A program made the position numbers and the translations under genes. Of a stretch of 64,000 nt of DNA, positions 27,796-35,549 are shown in pieces. The stretch comes from Escherichia phage Baret. The notes beneath the pieces are model-generated. The model was not told the DNA's origin. It did no database searches and saw nothing but the letters and a program-made list of their open reading frames with translations. The number at the start of each line of letters is the position of its first letter. Position 1 is the stretch's first letter. The stretch is from the sequence record OR896834.1; one strand, given 5' to 3'.

Positions 27796-28187
27796 CAAAA
27801 TTTCAGTGCAGAACACGGAGCTAGCAATTCGGAAGTGCTGACTCATGATAAGCTGCCTATGTACTTGCGAAGCGGTCGTGTCCAAGACTCGGACTCTTGC
27901 ACTGAAAACAATCAAACATTCTAGCGTGGTTGATGGGGAAACCAGCTTGGCGAGGGCAGAAGCTCGTTCGATTCGAGTGAAAGAATGGTTCTCGTAAGTC
28001 CGCACAAGTGATAACAGGTTCGAGTCCTGTCTAGAATGACACTATAAAGTTTACTTATTATGTAGGTTCCGATAGACCGGCGGGTCTATTCTGGCATTTA
28101 AGAGAGGTCTCGCAAACTTCTTTGTCAGCCGTGGGGTTGGTAGCCTCCAGGTGGCCTACACAATAAGTAAATTTATTAAAAATTCAT

Positions 28188-28216
28188 TTGCTATTCTGCT
28201 TTATTATCTGTATAAT
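28188..28216 (+). promoter_or_regulatory. early promoter (TTGCTA-17-TATAAT)
   Basis: -35 28188-28193, -10 28211-28216. Confidence 0.6.
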
Positions 28217-28248
28217 ATATTTTATAAAGTGAAGAGAAGGAAAGCAAA

Positions 28249-28407
28249 ATGAAACACAAGATAGCTCAAGTTTTTATGGCATTATGGTGTATACCAATAG
28301 CTATAACAGCATTTAATCTAGATACTTTTACTATAGAAGAAAAATGTATCGGATTAGTTAGCGGTTTTAGTATGCTGGGCTTATCTTTGCTGTGGTTAAA
28401 GAAATAA
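28249..28407 (+). CDS. small hydrophobic membrane protein (52 aa)
   Basis: ATG 28249 with SD GAAGGAAAG after promoter; below ORF-track cut-off. Confidence 0.35.
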   Translation: MKHKIAQVFMALWCIPIAITAFNLDTFTIEEKCIGLVSGFSMLGLSLLWLKK

Positions 28408-28411
28408 TATT

Positions 28412-28489
28412 CTCCGTGTAGCTCAGTTTGGCCAGAGCGTTTCGTTTGGGGCGATAGGGTCGGGGGTTCAAATCCTCCCACGGAGACCA
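28412..28489 (+). tRNA. tRNA-Pro (anticodon TGG)
   Basis: Acceptor CTCCGTG/CACGGAG, D-stem GCTC/GAGC, loop TTTGGGG, T-arm GGGGG-TTCAAAT-CCTCC, CCA. Confidence 0.8.
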
Positions 28490-28495
28490 AACAAT

Positions 28496-28573
28496 TGCGG
28501 GTTAGATCTCTGGTAGAGATCGCTAGTCTCATAAGCTAGAAAGAGGTAGGTTCGATTCCTGCACCCGCTTCCA
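28496..28573 (+). tRNA. tRNA with CAT anticodon (Met/Ile2 type), U1-U72 mismatch
   Basis: D-stem GATC/GATC, AC stem CTAGT/GCTAG loop CTCATAA, T-arm GTAGG-TTCGATT-CCTGC, CCA. Confidence 0.7.
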
Positions 28574-28593
28574 CTTTAATAGAGGATTTCGAA

Positions 28594-28761
28594 ATGAAAG
28601 TATTTCGATTAGTAGTAAGTGACAAACGTTTAGGTAAGAATACCTCAAAATCCTTACTTGCTCATTATGGAAAAGATGAGAAAGAAGTAATGGCGGAGTT
28701 TGGGATTAATCACCCTTACTTGAAAGTTCACTCTATTAAAGAAGTATATAATGGTTACTAA
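28594..28761 (+). CDS. hypothetical small protein (55 aa)
   Basis: ATG 28594; between tRNAs; below ORF-track cut-off. Confidence 0.3.
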   Translation: MKVFRLVVSDKRLGKNTSKSLLAHYGKDEKEVMAEFGINHPYLKVHSIKEVYNGY

Positions 28762-28762
28762 T

Positions 28763-28841
28763 AGATCGCTAGCTCAATAGGTTTAGTAGCATCCGACTTT
28801 TAATCGGAAGGTTCTGGGTTCGAGTCCCAGGCGATCTACCA
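28763..28841 (+). tRNA. tRNA-Lys (anticodon TTT)
   Basis: Acceptor AGATCGC/GCGATCT, AC stem TCCGA/TCGGA loop CTTTTAA, T-arm CTGGG-TTCGAGT-CCCAG, CCA. Confidence 0.85.
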
Positions 28842-28859
28842 ATTTCAAGAAAAACGCAG

Positions 28860-28888
28860 TTGCTTGATGCTTAATTTCTTGTTATAAT
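28860..28888 (+). promoter_or_regulatory. early promoter followed by non-coding leader then tRNA-Ala
   Basis: -35 TTGCTT 28860-28865, -10 TATAAT 28883-28888. Confidence 0.6.
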
Positions 28889-29126
28889 ATTTATATAAAT
28901 TGATGAGGATTTCTCCTCATCATAGTTCACTAAGGTATTAGCTCGACCTAGGACTGGCTGCCAAAAAGCACGATCCCTACGATTCGGGAGGAGTTCTAGA
29001 TTAGTCCACTAGATTCAGCGGCAACTGAATAGTGTATTGGGTTTGCGAGATGACGCGGTTCCTTCCGCTCGAAGCGAAGGTGCTGTAGTTACGCCGAGCT
29101 AATAGCCTTAGTAAACTAAAGAATTT

Positions 29127-29205
29127 GGGGGATGGGTCTGCTAGGGGTGGACACCTCGCTTGCACCGAGGACATCAGAACGATTCGAATTCGTTATCCTC
29201 CACCA
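29127..29205 (+). tRNA. tRNA-Ala (anticodon TGC)
   Basis: Acceptor GGGGGAT/ATCCTCC, AC stem CCTCG/CGAGG loop CTTGCAC, T-arm AACGA-TTCGAAT-TCGTT, CCA. Confidence 0.7.
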
Positions 29206-29210
29206 AATAC

Positions 29211-29287
29211 GCGTGATTGATGGAATTGGCATACATACCGTCCTTAGAAGTCGGGTTTTGAGGGTTCGAATCCCTTGTCACGCACCA
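29211..29287 (+). tRNA. tRNA-like gene, anticodon loop CTTAGAA (TAG, Leu-type) with short variable loop
   Basis: Acceptor GCGTGAT/GTCACGC, T-arm GAGGG-TTCGAAT-CCCTT, CCA; type-I architecture unusual for Leu. Confidence 0.55.
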
Positions 29288-29412
29288 AATTTGATGGTCA
29301 GAGTAAATTAAACCTACTATCTCGGTTGAGCTGTTTTAATGGGTTCGAATCCCAGCGAGGCGTAACTGCCTGGTGTGATAGAGGCATCATTCCACTAACA
29401 TTGGAAAAACTA

Positions 29413-29643
29413 ATGAAACGAAAATTAAAAAAGTCTTATATAATTAAGATAAATAAGCTACGAAGTAGGGCAAAAGGATGGCCACTTCGAATATTAATTG
29501 CGGATAACCATACTAGATACCATGCGGAACAACGTCATTACAAACAGTGGGAGTCATACTGCCGCTCAAAAGCAGGTCGTTTAGATGGATCTTATGAGTT
29601 TCTATTTGGTAAGAAGCCTACTAGAGTAGCTTTAGGTAATTAA
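29413..29643 (+). CDS. hypothetical basic protein (76 aa)
   Basis: Internal ATG of track ORF 29275-29643, whose 5' part overlaps tRNA sequence. Confidence 0.3.
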   Translation: MKRKLKKSYIIKINKLRSRAKGWPLRILIADNHTRYHAEQRHYKQWESYCRSKAGRLDGSYEFLFGKKPTRVALGN

Positions 29644-29648
29644 TACTT

Positions 29649-29739
29649 GGAAGAGCAAATCGAATTGGCGACGAAAACCGCTTGGAAAGTGGCTGACTGG
29701 TAAAACGGCTTGAGAGTTCAAATCTCTCCTCTTCCGCCA
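29649..29739 (+). tRNA. tRNA-Ser (anticodon GGA)
   Basis: Acceptor GGAAGAG/CTCTTCC, loop TTGGAAA, long variable arm, T-arm GAGAG-TTCAAAT-CTCTC, CCA. Confidence 0.75.
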
Positions 29740-29751
29740 AACAATTTATAT

Positions 29752-29846
29752 GGTAGGTCAATCCAACGGCTGGCGCTGGACTCCGACTTGAAATCGGTTG
29801 ATCGTAGTGATACGGTGTAAGGGTTCGATCCCCTTACCTACCTCCA
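29752..29846 (+). tRNA. tRNA-Ser (anticodon TGA)
   Basis: Acceptor GGTAGGT/ACCTACC, AC stem CCGA/TCGG loop CTTGAAA, long variable arm, T-arm AAGGG-TTCGATC-CCCTT, CCA. Confidence 0.75.
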
Positions 29847-29851
29847 AATCT

Positions 29852-29980
29852 TGGAATATGCCGGAATTGGTAGACGGGACTGCCGAATAGGTTTACTAGG
29901 AACATCCACTCCTAGAAATATACCTTAAAAGCGGTTGAGTTAAATGGTCTAACTCATGAAGGTTCAAGCCCTTCTATTCC
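29852..29980 (+). ncRNA. atypical ~127-nt tRNA-like RNA with Leu-type D-arm
   Basis: 5' TGGAATA + D-arm CCGG-AATTGGTAGA-CGGG, two extra hairpins, T-arm GAAGG-TTCAAGC-CCTTC and 3' TATTCCT pairing with the 5' end; no canonical anticodon arm. Confidence 0.3.
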
Positions 29981-30211
29981 TTGATACATCAATGGCTCAA
30001 AGTGTAACGGTGCTATTTGATGCTCTTGGAAAGACTTTCCCGACATGCGTTCGGGGGTAAGCTTCTGAGGCTAGAATAGAAGAGTTTCTGAGAGCCGCCA
30101 CAATTGAAAATTCGTACTCGTCTTGAGCTGCGTGCAATAGGAGATAACTTGATTAGTATTCTAGAACATGCTAATTGAGGATGGTTTCGCTAACCCTGCG
30201 AGTTTTCAATT

Positions 30212-30289
30212 GTGGCTATATCATAATTGGTTAATGATCCTGATTGTGAATCAGGCCTATGTGGATTCGAATTCCACTAGCCACCCCCA
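30212..30289 (+). tRNA. tRNA-His (anticodon GTG)
   Basis: Acceptor GTGGCTA/TAGCCAC, AC stem CCTGA/TCAGG loop TTGTGAA, T-arm GTGGA-TTCGAAT-TCCAC. Confidence 0.8.
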
Positions 30290-30314
30290 AATTAACTTAA
30301 ATAGGAAATAAAAT

Positions 30315-30509
30315 ATGGCTGATTTCTGCAAACAATGCTCCATTGATATGTGGGGCAGAGATACTGGTGATCTTTCTGGGCTGATTACAGAAGCCGAAGT
30401 CAAAGAAGGTTATGGTGCAGTTGTGGTTTGTGAAGGATGCGGAGTCATTCGAGTAGATCATGAGGGTAAGCGCCTTGAAGAATCTGAGCCAGTTACCCTA
30501 TTTCCCTAA
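30315..30509 (+). CDS. small zinc-ribbon-like protein (64 aa)
   Basis: ORF track; CKQC...CEGC cysteine pairs. Confidence 0.4.
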   Translation: MADFCKQCSIDMWGRDTGDLSGLITEAEVKEGYGAVVVCEGCGVIRVDHEGKRLEESEPVTLFP

Positions 30510-30522
30510 AGTAAAGAATTAT

Positions 30523-30598
30523 TGGGATGTAGATCAATTGGCAGATCGTCGGCCTCTGACTCCGAAGGTTCCACGTTCGATCCGTGGCATCCCAGCCA
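30523..30598 (+). tRNA. tRNA-Gln (anticodon CTG)
   Basis: Acceptor TGGGATG/CATCCCA, D-stem GATC/GATC, loop CTCTGAC, T-arm CCACG-TTCGATC-CGTGG, CCA. Confidence 0.75.
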
Positions 30599-30604
30599 AA
30601 TACT

Positions 30605-30680
30605 TGGAGAGTAGTGTAACGGTTAGCACAACGGCCTTTGACTCCGTTAATGGTAGGTTCGATTCCTCCTTCTCCAGCCA
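30605..30680 (+). tRNA. tRNA-Gln (anticodon TTG)
   Basis: Acceptor TGGAGAG/TTCTCCA, D-stem GTGT/GCAC, loop CTTTGAC, CCA. Confidence 0.75.
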
Positions 30681-30687
30681 AATTAAT

Positions 30688-30762
30688 GCGTGATTAGTTC
30701 AGTGGCTAGAATAACTGGCTTCCAACCAGTAGACACGAGTTCGACTCTCGTATCCCGCACCA
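30688..30762 (+). tRNA. tRNA-Gly (anticodon TCC)
   Basis: AC stem ACTGG/CCAGT loop CTTCCAA, T-arm ACGAG-TTCGACT-CTCGT, CCA; one acceptor mismatch. Confidence 0.8.
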
Positions 30763-30776
30763 AATAAGGAAACACT

Positions 30777-31028
30777 ATGCACGTTTTTGAGTTTCGTAAT
30801 AAAAGTACTGATAAGCGAGTTATCATTATTGGAGAAACATATCGAGCATATGAACAAACTGATGGCTCTGTTATCTTGAATGATGAGAAAGGAGGTTTTA
30901 GCTTTTATCCAGAAGAACCTTATGAAGAGTTTCGAAAACAATTTAACCTAGACTGGAGAAAGCATTTAAACACTGTTGCTTCATCTGTAGTATTGCCAAC
31001 TACCAGTACTGTACTCTCTAATGGCTGA
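30777..31028 (+). CDS. hypothetical protein (83 aa)
   Basis: ORF track; SD AAGGAAAC. Confidence 0.4.
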   Translation: MHVFEFRNKSTDKRVIIIGETYRAYEQTDGSVILNDEKGGFSFYPEEPYEEFRKQFNLDWRKHLNTVASSVVLPTTSTVLSNG

Positions 31029-31187
31029 CAACCTAAAAGTAAAGATTGATAAACAAAAGAAACGTGTAGAAGTAGAGATTGGTGAAGAACGTGTTGCCTT
31101 TACTTTTGAATTTCTACAGCAAATGGCAATGGCAGTTATGACTGATAAGTCTCCTGTTATTGAAAAAGAAATCCCGTTGAAATAACG
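31023..31187 (+). CDS. hypothetical small protein (54 aa)
   Basis: ATG overlapping upstream stop (ATGGCTGA); below ORF-track cut-off. Confidence 0.3.
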
Positions 31188-31195
31188 GGATCATC

Positions 31196-31270
31196 GCTCC
31201 TAAAGCATTGCTGGCGATGCAGTTGCCTTGTAAGCATCTGAACCGGGTTCGATTCCTGGTGGGAGCACCA
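31196..31270 (+). tRNA. tRNA-Thr (anticodon TGT)
   Basis: Acceptor GCTCCTA/TGGGAGC, D-stem GCAT/ATGC, loop CTTGTAA, T-arm CCGGG-TTCGATT-CCTGG, CCA. Confidence 0.8.
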
Positions 31271-31285
31271 AATTTAAAAATTCAT

Positions 31286-31314
31286 TTGCCTTCTCTCTTA
31301 TTTATTGTTATAAT
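31286..31314 (+). promoter_or_regulatory. early promoter (TTGCCT-17-TATAAT)
   Basis: -35 31286-31291, -10 31309-31314. Confidence 0.6.
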
Positions 31315-31344
31315 ATTCATATAAATTAATGAGAGGGAAACCAA

Positions 31345-31635
31345 ATGAAACGTTATCTTTCTATTGTATTCCAAACTGGTGGTCAAAGATATACCTATGA
31401 ATTTCCATCTTCTTGGAAAATCAAAGAAGGTGATCAAGTAGTAGTGTTAACACCGCGTGAAGGGTATAAAGTAGTAATGGTTAAACAAGTATTCCCAAAA
31501 GATCATGAACCAGCTAAAGGCATTCGCTATAAGATGATTCATGGTGTGGTCCGTCAAGTACCACGAACTGAGGTAGAAGTAGATAAGACTGGAGAAACTA
31601 AATTCCATTATACTTCTTACTTAGATAGTGTGTGA
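31345..31635 (+). CDS. hypothetical protein (96 aa)
   Basis: ORF track; SD GAGAGGGAAAC. Confidence 0.45.
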   Translation: MKRYLSIVFQTGGQRYTYEFPSSWKIKEGDQVVVLTPREGYKVVMVKQVFPKDHEPAKGIRYKMIHGVVRQVPRTEVEVDKTGETKFHYTSYLDSV

Positions 31636-31650
31636 TGTAAATATTCTAAT

Positions 31651-31727
31651 ACTTCGGTAGCTTAGCGATCTAAAGCACCCGGCTGATAACCGAGAGATCG
31701 GGGGTTTAAATCCCTCCCGGAGTACCA
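31651..31727 (+). tRNA. tRNA-Ile (anticodon GAT)
   Basis: Acceptor ACTTCGG/CCGGAGT, D-stem GCTT/AAGC, loop CTGATAA, T-arm GGGGG-TTTAAAT-CCCTC (variant T-loop), CCA. Confidence 0.8.
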
Positions 31728-31826
31728 AATTTAGGAATTAAGACTATGCGTCCAGGAAAGTTTAAAAAAGCTAATTGGTCTAAAGAGTATAAAGAATACT
31801 TACTTAGTCTAGTAAAACATAACAGT

Positions 31827-31902
31827 TAGTTGGCAGAGTGGTTATGCACCTCCTTCATACGGAGCGACTACAGTGGTTCAAATCCACTACTAACTACCAT
31901 TA
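31827..31902 (+). tRNA. tRNA with CAT anticodon (Met/fMet/Ile2 type)
   Basis: Acceptor AGTTAGT/ACTAACT, loop TTCATAC, T-arm AGTGG-TTCAAAT-CCACT, CCA. Confidence 0.7.
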
Positions 31903-31936
31903 AAATAGCTAGAGATAGCTAAATTTAGGAGCAGCT

Positions 31937-32131
31937 ATGTTAACAATTAAAATAATGTCAGCCAAGAATGGTGAACATATCCATACAGGCAAAAGCGTAA
32001 GCTTTAATCCTAGAAATAAGAGATTGGCTATAGTTGGAGTAGATCAAGCCATCTTTTTAAAAGAAGATGAAGTAGCATACGTCATGAACCAAACTGGTAA
32101 GACAGTTTCCGTATACTATGGAAAAGTATAA
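31937..32131 (+). CDS. hypothetical protein (64 aa)
   Basis: ORF track. Confidence 0.4.
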   Translation: MLTIKIMSAKNGEHIHTGKSVSFNPRNKRLAIVGVDQAIFLKEDEVAYVMNQTGKTVSVYYGKV

Positions 32132-32173
32132 AGAATAAAGAGCTGAGCCAAATTCTAGCATCGTGGAGATCTA

Positions 32174-32542
32174 ATGAAAGCATATCAAAATCTTAAGTCT
32201 GGCGTAATTAATCTTGTTCATGATAATCAGATTATTCAACTGTACTCTAAAAATGGCGAACTTAAACAAAAAGTTCTGGTTGAGGATCTAGAGGGTATTA
32301 CACCCCATTTTGACCCCGAGTCCTTTCGTGAAGTCAAGGTGGAAGTCGCCCCTCAAATTGAAGGTGGTCAGCACCTAAATGTCAATGTGTTAAGTCGTGA
32401 TCAGCTTTTGGATGCACAGAAACATCCTGAAAAATACCCTCAATTAACTATCCGTGTTTCAGGGTACGCTGTGCGTTTTAACGCACTGACGCGTGAACAG
32501 CAGAACGACGTTATTAGTCGTACATTTACTCAGGCGATGTAA
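32174..32542 (+). CDS. grcA: autonomous glycyl-radical cofactor GrcA(YfiD)-like protein
   Basis: 122 aa; C-terminal [11 protein letters not shown]...[21 protein letters not shown] closely matches the GrcA/PFL glycyl-radical domain (RVSGYAV). Confidence 0.8.
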   Translation: MKAYQNLKSGVINLVHDNQIIQLYSKNGELKQKVLVEDLEGITPHFDPESFREVKVEVAPQIEGGQHLNVNVLSRDQLLDAQKHPEKYPQLTIRVSGYAVRFNALTREQQNDVISRTFTQAM

Positions 32543-32623
32543 TGGGGCTTGGATACGGTTTCTACGAACTACGTAAGGTAGTCGAGCAAACTCCATTTAT
32601 CTCCCAAGTTTTAGGAGAAATGT

Positions 32624-32938
32624 GTGGATCGAGCATTAAGACGTCATCACCGGCAACGTGTAAAGAACAACCGCAAGAAGTATTGGACAGTCTTCCCACA
32701 TGAAGAAAGCCCTAAACGGTTAGGTATTATCACTACTACTCCTTGTATCTGTTCTTGTTGGATGTGCGGGAATCCTCGCAAATACTTTAAGAATAGTAAA
32801 GCAGGGATGAAAACCTCGGAGATTAGGAAAATGGAAGCAATGATTACGGATATTTCAAATGATGAATTTGATGGCTTTGTAGGATTCGGAGAAGGAATTA
32901 GCTCAGGCTGTTTCGAAGATGTACGCCCCGATTTGTAA
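32624..32938 (+). CDS. hypothetical Cys-rich basic protein (104 aa)
   Basis: ORF track. Confidence 0.4.
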   Translation: MDRALRRHHRQRVKNNRKKYWTVFPHEESPKRLGIITTTPCICSCWMCGNPRKYFKNSKAGMKTSEIRKMEAMITDISNDEFDGFVGFGEGISSGCFEDVRPDL

Positions 32939-32947
32939 TTAATAACA

Positions 32948-32982
32948 AACCCCAGCTATTGAATAGGTAGTCTGGGGTTTTT
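32948..32982 (+). terminator. intrinsic terminator
   Basis: CCCCAG...CTGGGG hairpin followed by TTTTT. Confidence 0.6.
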
Positions 32983-33059
32983 CTGTATACAGGTAGATAA
33001 TTTATGTATAATAAAATTCATCCACATTAGGTTAATTTAAAAAACTTAATGGAGGTAAT

Positions 33060-33407
33060 ATGAGCCGTACTTATCGTAAACAATCTGGTGATCAGTGGTG
33101 GAAGTCTAAAGAACAATTCTCTCAAGAATATTCTTTCATCAAAGAAAATGGCTACTGGATTCGTGTTATTTATGCCAAATCTTGGGACGACATCAAAAAA
33201 GAAATGAAGGAAGCAACCATTCGTAATGAGAAAAAGGATGGTTATAACTGGAATTCTGTTAGTAAGAATGTTAAGTGGCATTCTAATAAAATGGTTCGTC
33301 AAGGGAATCGTCAAGAACTCCACCGCGTGATGAAAGATCCAGAAAATTACGACTATAATCGCGATCATGACATGCGTAAGCGTGGATTATGGTGGTGCTA
33401 TGACTAA
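33060..33407 (+). CDS. hypothetical protein (115 aa)
   Basis: ORF track; SD GGAGG. Confidence 0.45.
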   Translation: MSRTYRKQSGDQWWKSKEQFSQEYSFIKENGYWIRVIYAKSWDDIKKEMKEATIRNEKKDGYNWNSVSKNVKWHSNKMVRQGNRQELHRVMKDPENYDYNRDHDMRKRGLWWCYD

Positions 33408-33424
33408 ATTCTGAAATAATTCAT

Positions 33425-33453
33425 TTGCTAAACCTCTCTTTTCTTGCTATAAT
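33425..33453 (+). promoter_or_regulatory. early promoter (TTGCTA-17-TATAAT)
   Basis: -35 33425-33430, -10 33448-33453. Confidence 0.6.
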
Positions 33454-33483
33454 ATATTTATAAATTGATGAGAGAGGTTTGAA

Positions 33484-33765
33484 ATGAAAAATCGCCTAGA
33501 CTGTGCCATTCATGTTCTTGAACATGATGTTGTGGGAACCTGTATGTCTTACCACGAAGCAGGTCCTTTAATTAAAGAACGTGTGGCAGATGTGTGTGGA
33601 TTGAAGATTACTGCTGAGGAAGCTGATGATCTTTTAGGTCAAGCACTGGAAAAAACCGAAATGTTCCTATGCGATTCTTGTTCTTGGTGGTGTGAAGCTC
33701 ACGAACGTTCTTTCAACGATTATGATGTATGTCGTGATTGTAGTGGGGAGGATGAAGATGAATAA
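33484..33765 (+). CDS. hypothetical Cys-rich acidic protein (93 aa)
   Basis: ORF track. Confidence 0.4.
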   Translation: MKNRLDCAIHVLEHDVVGTCMSYHEAGPLIKERVADVCGLKITAEEADDLLGQALEKTEMFLCDSCSWWCEAHERSFNDYDVCRDCSGEDEDE

Positions 33766-34057
33766 GTTTATTATTGCACTGATGATCTCCGCAGTTAGTT
33801 TCGGTTCTCTGGCATCTACCAAAGTTTCTATGAAAAACGGTAATGTTAAAGTCCAACAAAACGGCATCATTACTGAATATGGTAAAGTGCGTGATGTTAA
33901 GGAACGTAATGGCAAAGTAGAAATATATACTAATAAAAACTTCTCTACTCCGGCTGTTACTGTTAGCAAACGTGGTGAGATAACTACTCAACGTACTAAT
34001 AGCTCTAGTTCTTTTACTTGTCGTTATGATTGCGACTTTGAAGGTGAAGATGAATAA
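33758..34057 (+). CDS. small secreted protein with signal peptide (99 aa)
   Basis: ATG 33758 overlapping upstream stop; N-terminal MNKFIIALMISAVSFGSLAS. Confidence 0.4.
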   Translation: MNKFIIALMISAVSFGSLASTKVSMKNGNVKVQQNGIITEYGKVRDVKERNGKVEIYTNKNFSTPAVTVSKRGEITTQRTNSSSSFTCRYDCDFEGEDE

Positions 34058-34442
34058 TTTAGATCCTAGAATTAAATTTGCAATTACAGAAATCCAAGAT
34101 CAAATTGATGAAGACTTCACTATTTGGTCAAGATCTGGTAATGGGGAATACTGCCAGCTTTACAGCATGAAAATGGGTATCTCAATTGAGCTTAATATCA
34201 ACTCTGAAGGTAGGGTAGAAGCCCAACCCATGTTCAGTGTTCCAGGCTTCTCTGGGTTTGTTGCGGGTATGAAATTATGCCTACCAAATAACCATCTTCA
34301 TCGAGTTATTTGTCAGCTAGAGACTATTAAGCATTTCTTGCCAGAAGATAATATTAATGACTACTACCATGAAGTTGTAGCAGCTCATATGATGAAAGAA
34401 TGCAAACGTCGGAGAGAAGAACGTGAAAAGACTAAATATTAA
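34050..34442 (+). CDS. hypothetical protein (130 aa)
   Basis: ATG 34050 overlapping upstream stop; track ORF 34026 trimmed. Confidence 0.4.
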   Translation: MNNLDPRIKFAITEIQDQIDEDFTIWSRSGNGEYCQLYSMKMGISIELNINSEGRVEAQPMFSVPGFSGFVAGMKLCLPNNHLHRVICQLETIKHFLPEDNINDYYHEVVAAHMMKECKRRREEREKTKY

Positions 34443-34719
34443 TAGCACAGTGCAGATCCCAGCAACTAAGGATATTTTAACATTCCTACGTAGTGAGAAT
34501 GCCCAGTTTTGGCATGACTATATCCAGAAAAATAAAAATAACCCAGATGTAGTTGCCTTTGCCAAAAAACGTATCGAAGAATATAAAGATCCAGAGATTA
34601 AAGATGGGATGATCACTATGCAATTGTGGGTAGCCATGAATACGTTTGGACCTACTATGAGTCTAGGATTTACTCCGCTGTTTACAAATATTCTAATTAA
34701 TGAAAAGGATCTGAAATGA
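34423..34719 (+). CDS. hypothetical protein (98 aa)
   Basis: ORF track. Confidence 0.4.
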   Translation: MKRLNINSTVQIPATKDILTFLRSENAQFWHDYIQKNKNNPDVVAFAKKRIEEYKDPEIKDGMITMQLWVAMNTFGPTMSLGFTPLFTNILINEKDLK

Positions 34720-35000
34720 TTATCTCTCCCTTTGCTCTTTGGTTCGTCATTGGATCCATAGTAGCTATTTATAGCTTGGTTGATGATCTGTATATTTCTA
34801 AGAACAAAGATGTAATATTATATGTTATACATAAAACCCGACCGTTAGACCTACCACCTCTTGATGATAAAACATTACTCAGATGTGCTAGATCTGTGAT
34901 ATTTATTATGGATATTCTTCTAGGCCCAACATCTGTATTTTTCTATTACCGAAAAACTCGTAATATGAAAAAATTTAAAGCAGAAATGCAGAATAATTAA
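34716..35000 (+). CDS. hypothetical membrane protein (94 aa)
   Basis: ORF track; hydrophobic segments. Confidence 0.4.
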   Translation: MIISPFALWFVIGSIVAIYSLVDDLYISKNKDVILYVIHKTRPLDLPPLDDKTLLRCARSVIFIMDILLGPTSVFFYYRKTRNMKKFKAEMQNN

Positions 35001-35074
35001 AGAACTCGCGTAGGACCGAGTTGCGTCACCTGCAACTGTTACGGATAAGGGAGTCGTGCCCCTTAGTGCGGTAA

Positions 35075-35455
35075 GTGGTGAGGTGGCTGCTAGCCCTAAC
35101 TGGAGATGATATGACTATATTACTAATTCTTGTTACTACCTGGTTTTTAATCGGTGCTGGATATGCGATAGCTATTATTAGACATTTGGACGAATATTCT
35201 GCTGAATGGTTTATTAAGTATCTACGTATTGATGATAAAGAACAGAAGTTTAAAGATGAAAAGCAGAAAAAAGCAGTAAATAATATGACAGCCAAAGAAT
35301 GCTTGTTCTACATGCGTATTGTAGGGTTCTTTGGACTATTAGTTGCTGGCCCAATTGGTTCTACCATTGCTCCATATAAAGAAACAGTTGCTGACATCAA
35401 ATTGTGGAGAAATGCAGGGGTACTGCGTAAAGCTAGAGAAACCAATATTACATAA
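35075..35455 (+). CDS. hypothetical membrane protein (126 aa)
   Basis: ORF track; two hydrophobic helices. Confidence 0.4.
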   Translation: MVRWLLALTGDDMTILLILVTTWFLIGAGYAIAIIRHLDEYSAEWFIKYLRIDDKEQKFKDEKQKKAVNNMTAKECLFYMRIVGFFGLLVAGPIGSTIAPYKETVADIKLWRNAGVLRKARETNIT

Positions 35456-35500
35456 GATTGATACTAAATCAACTTACTAGCAAAAGCAAATAATGACAAA

Positions 35501-35535
35501 GCCCAGCCTGCACTTTTGCGACTGGGCTATTTTTA
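35501..35535 (+). terminator. intrinsic terminator
   Basis: GCCCAGC...GCTGGGC-like hairpin followed by TATTTTT. Confidence 0.6.
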
Positions 35536-35549
35536 TAATAAAATTTTAA

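Noticed and set aside
29290-29365. Second tRNA-like fragment (ATGGG-TTCGAAT-CCCAG)
   Set aside because: Only a T-arm is recognisable; no complementary acceptor strands were found.
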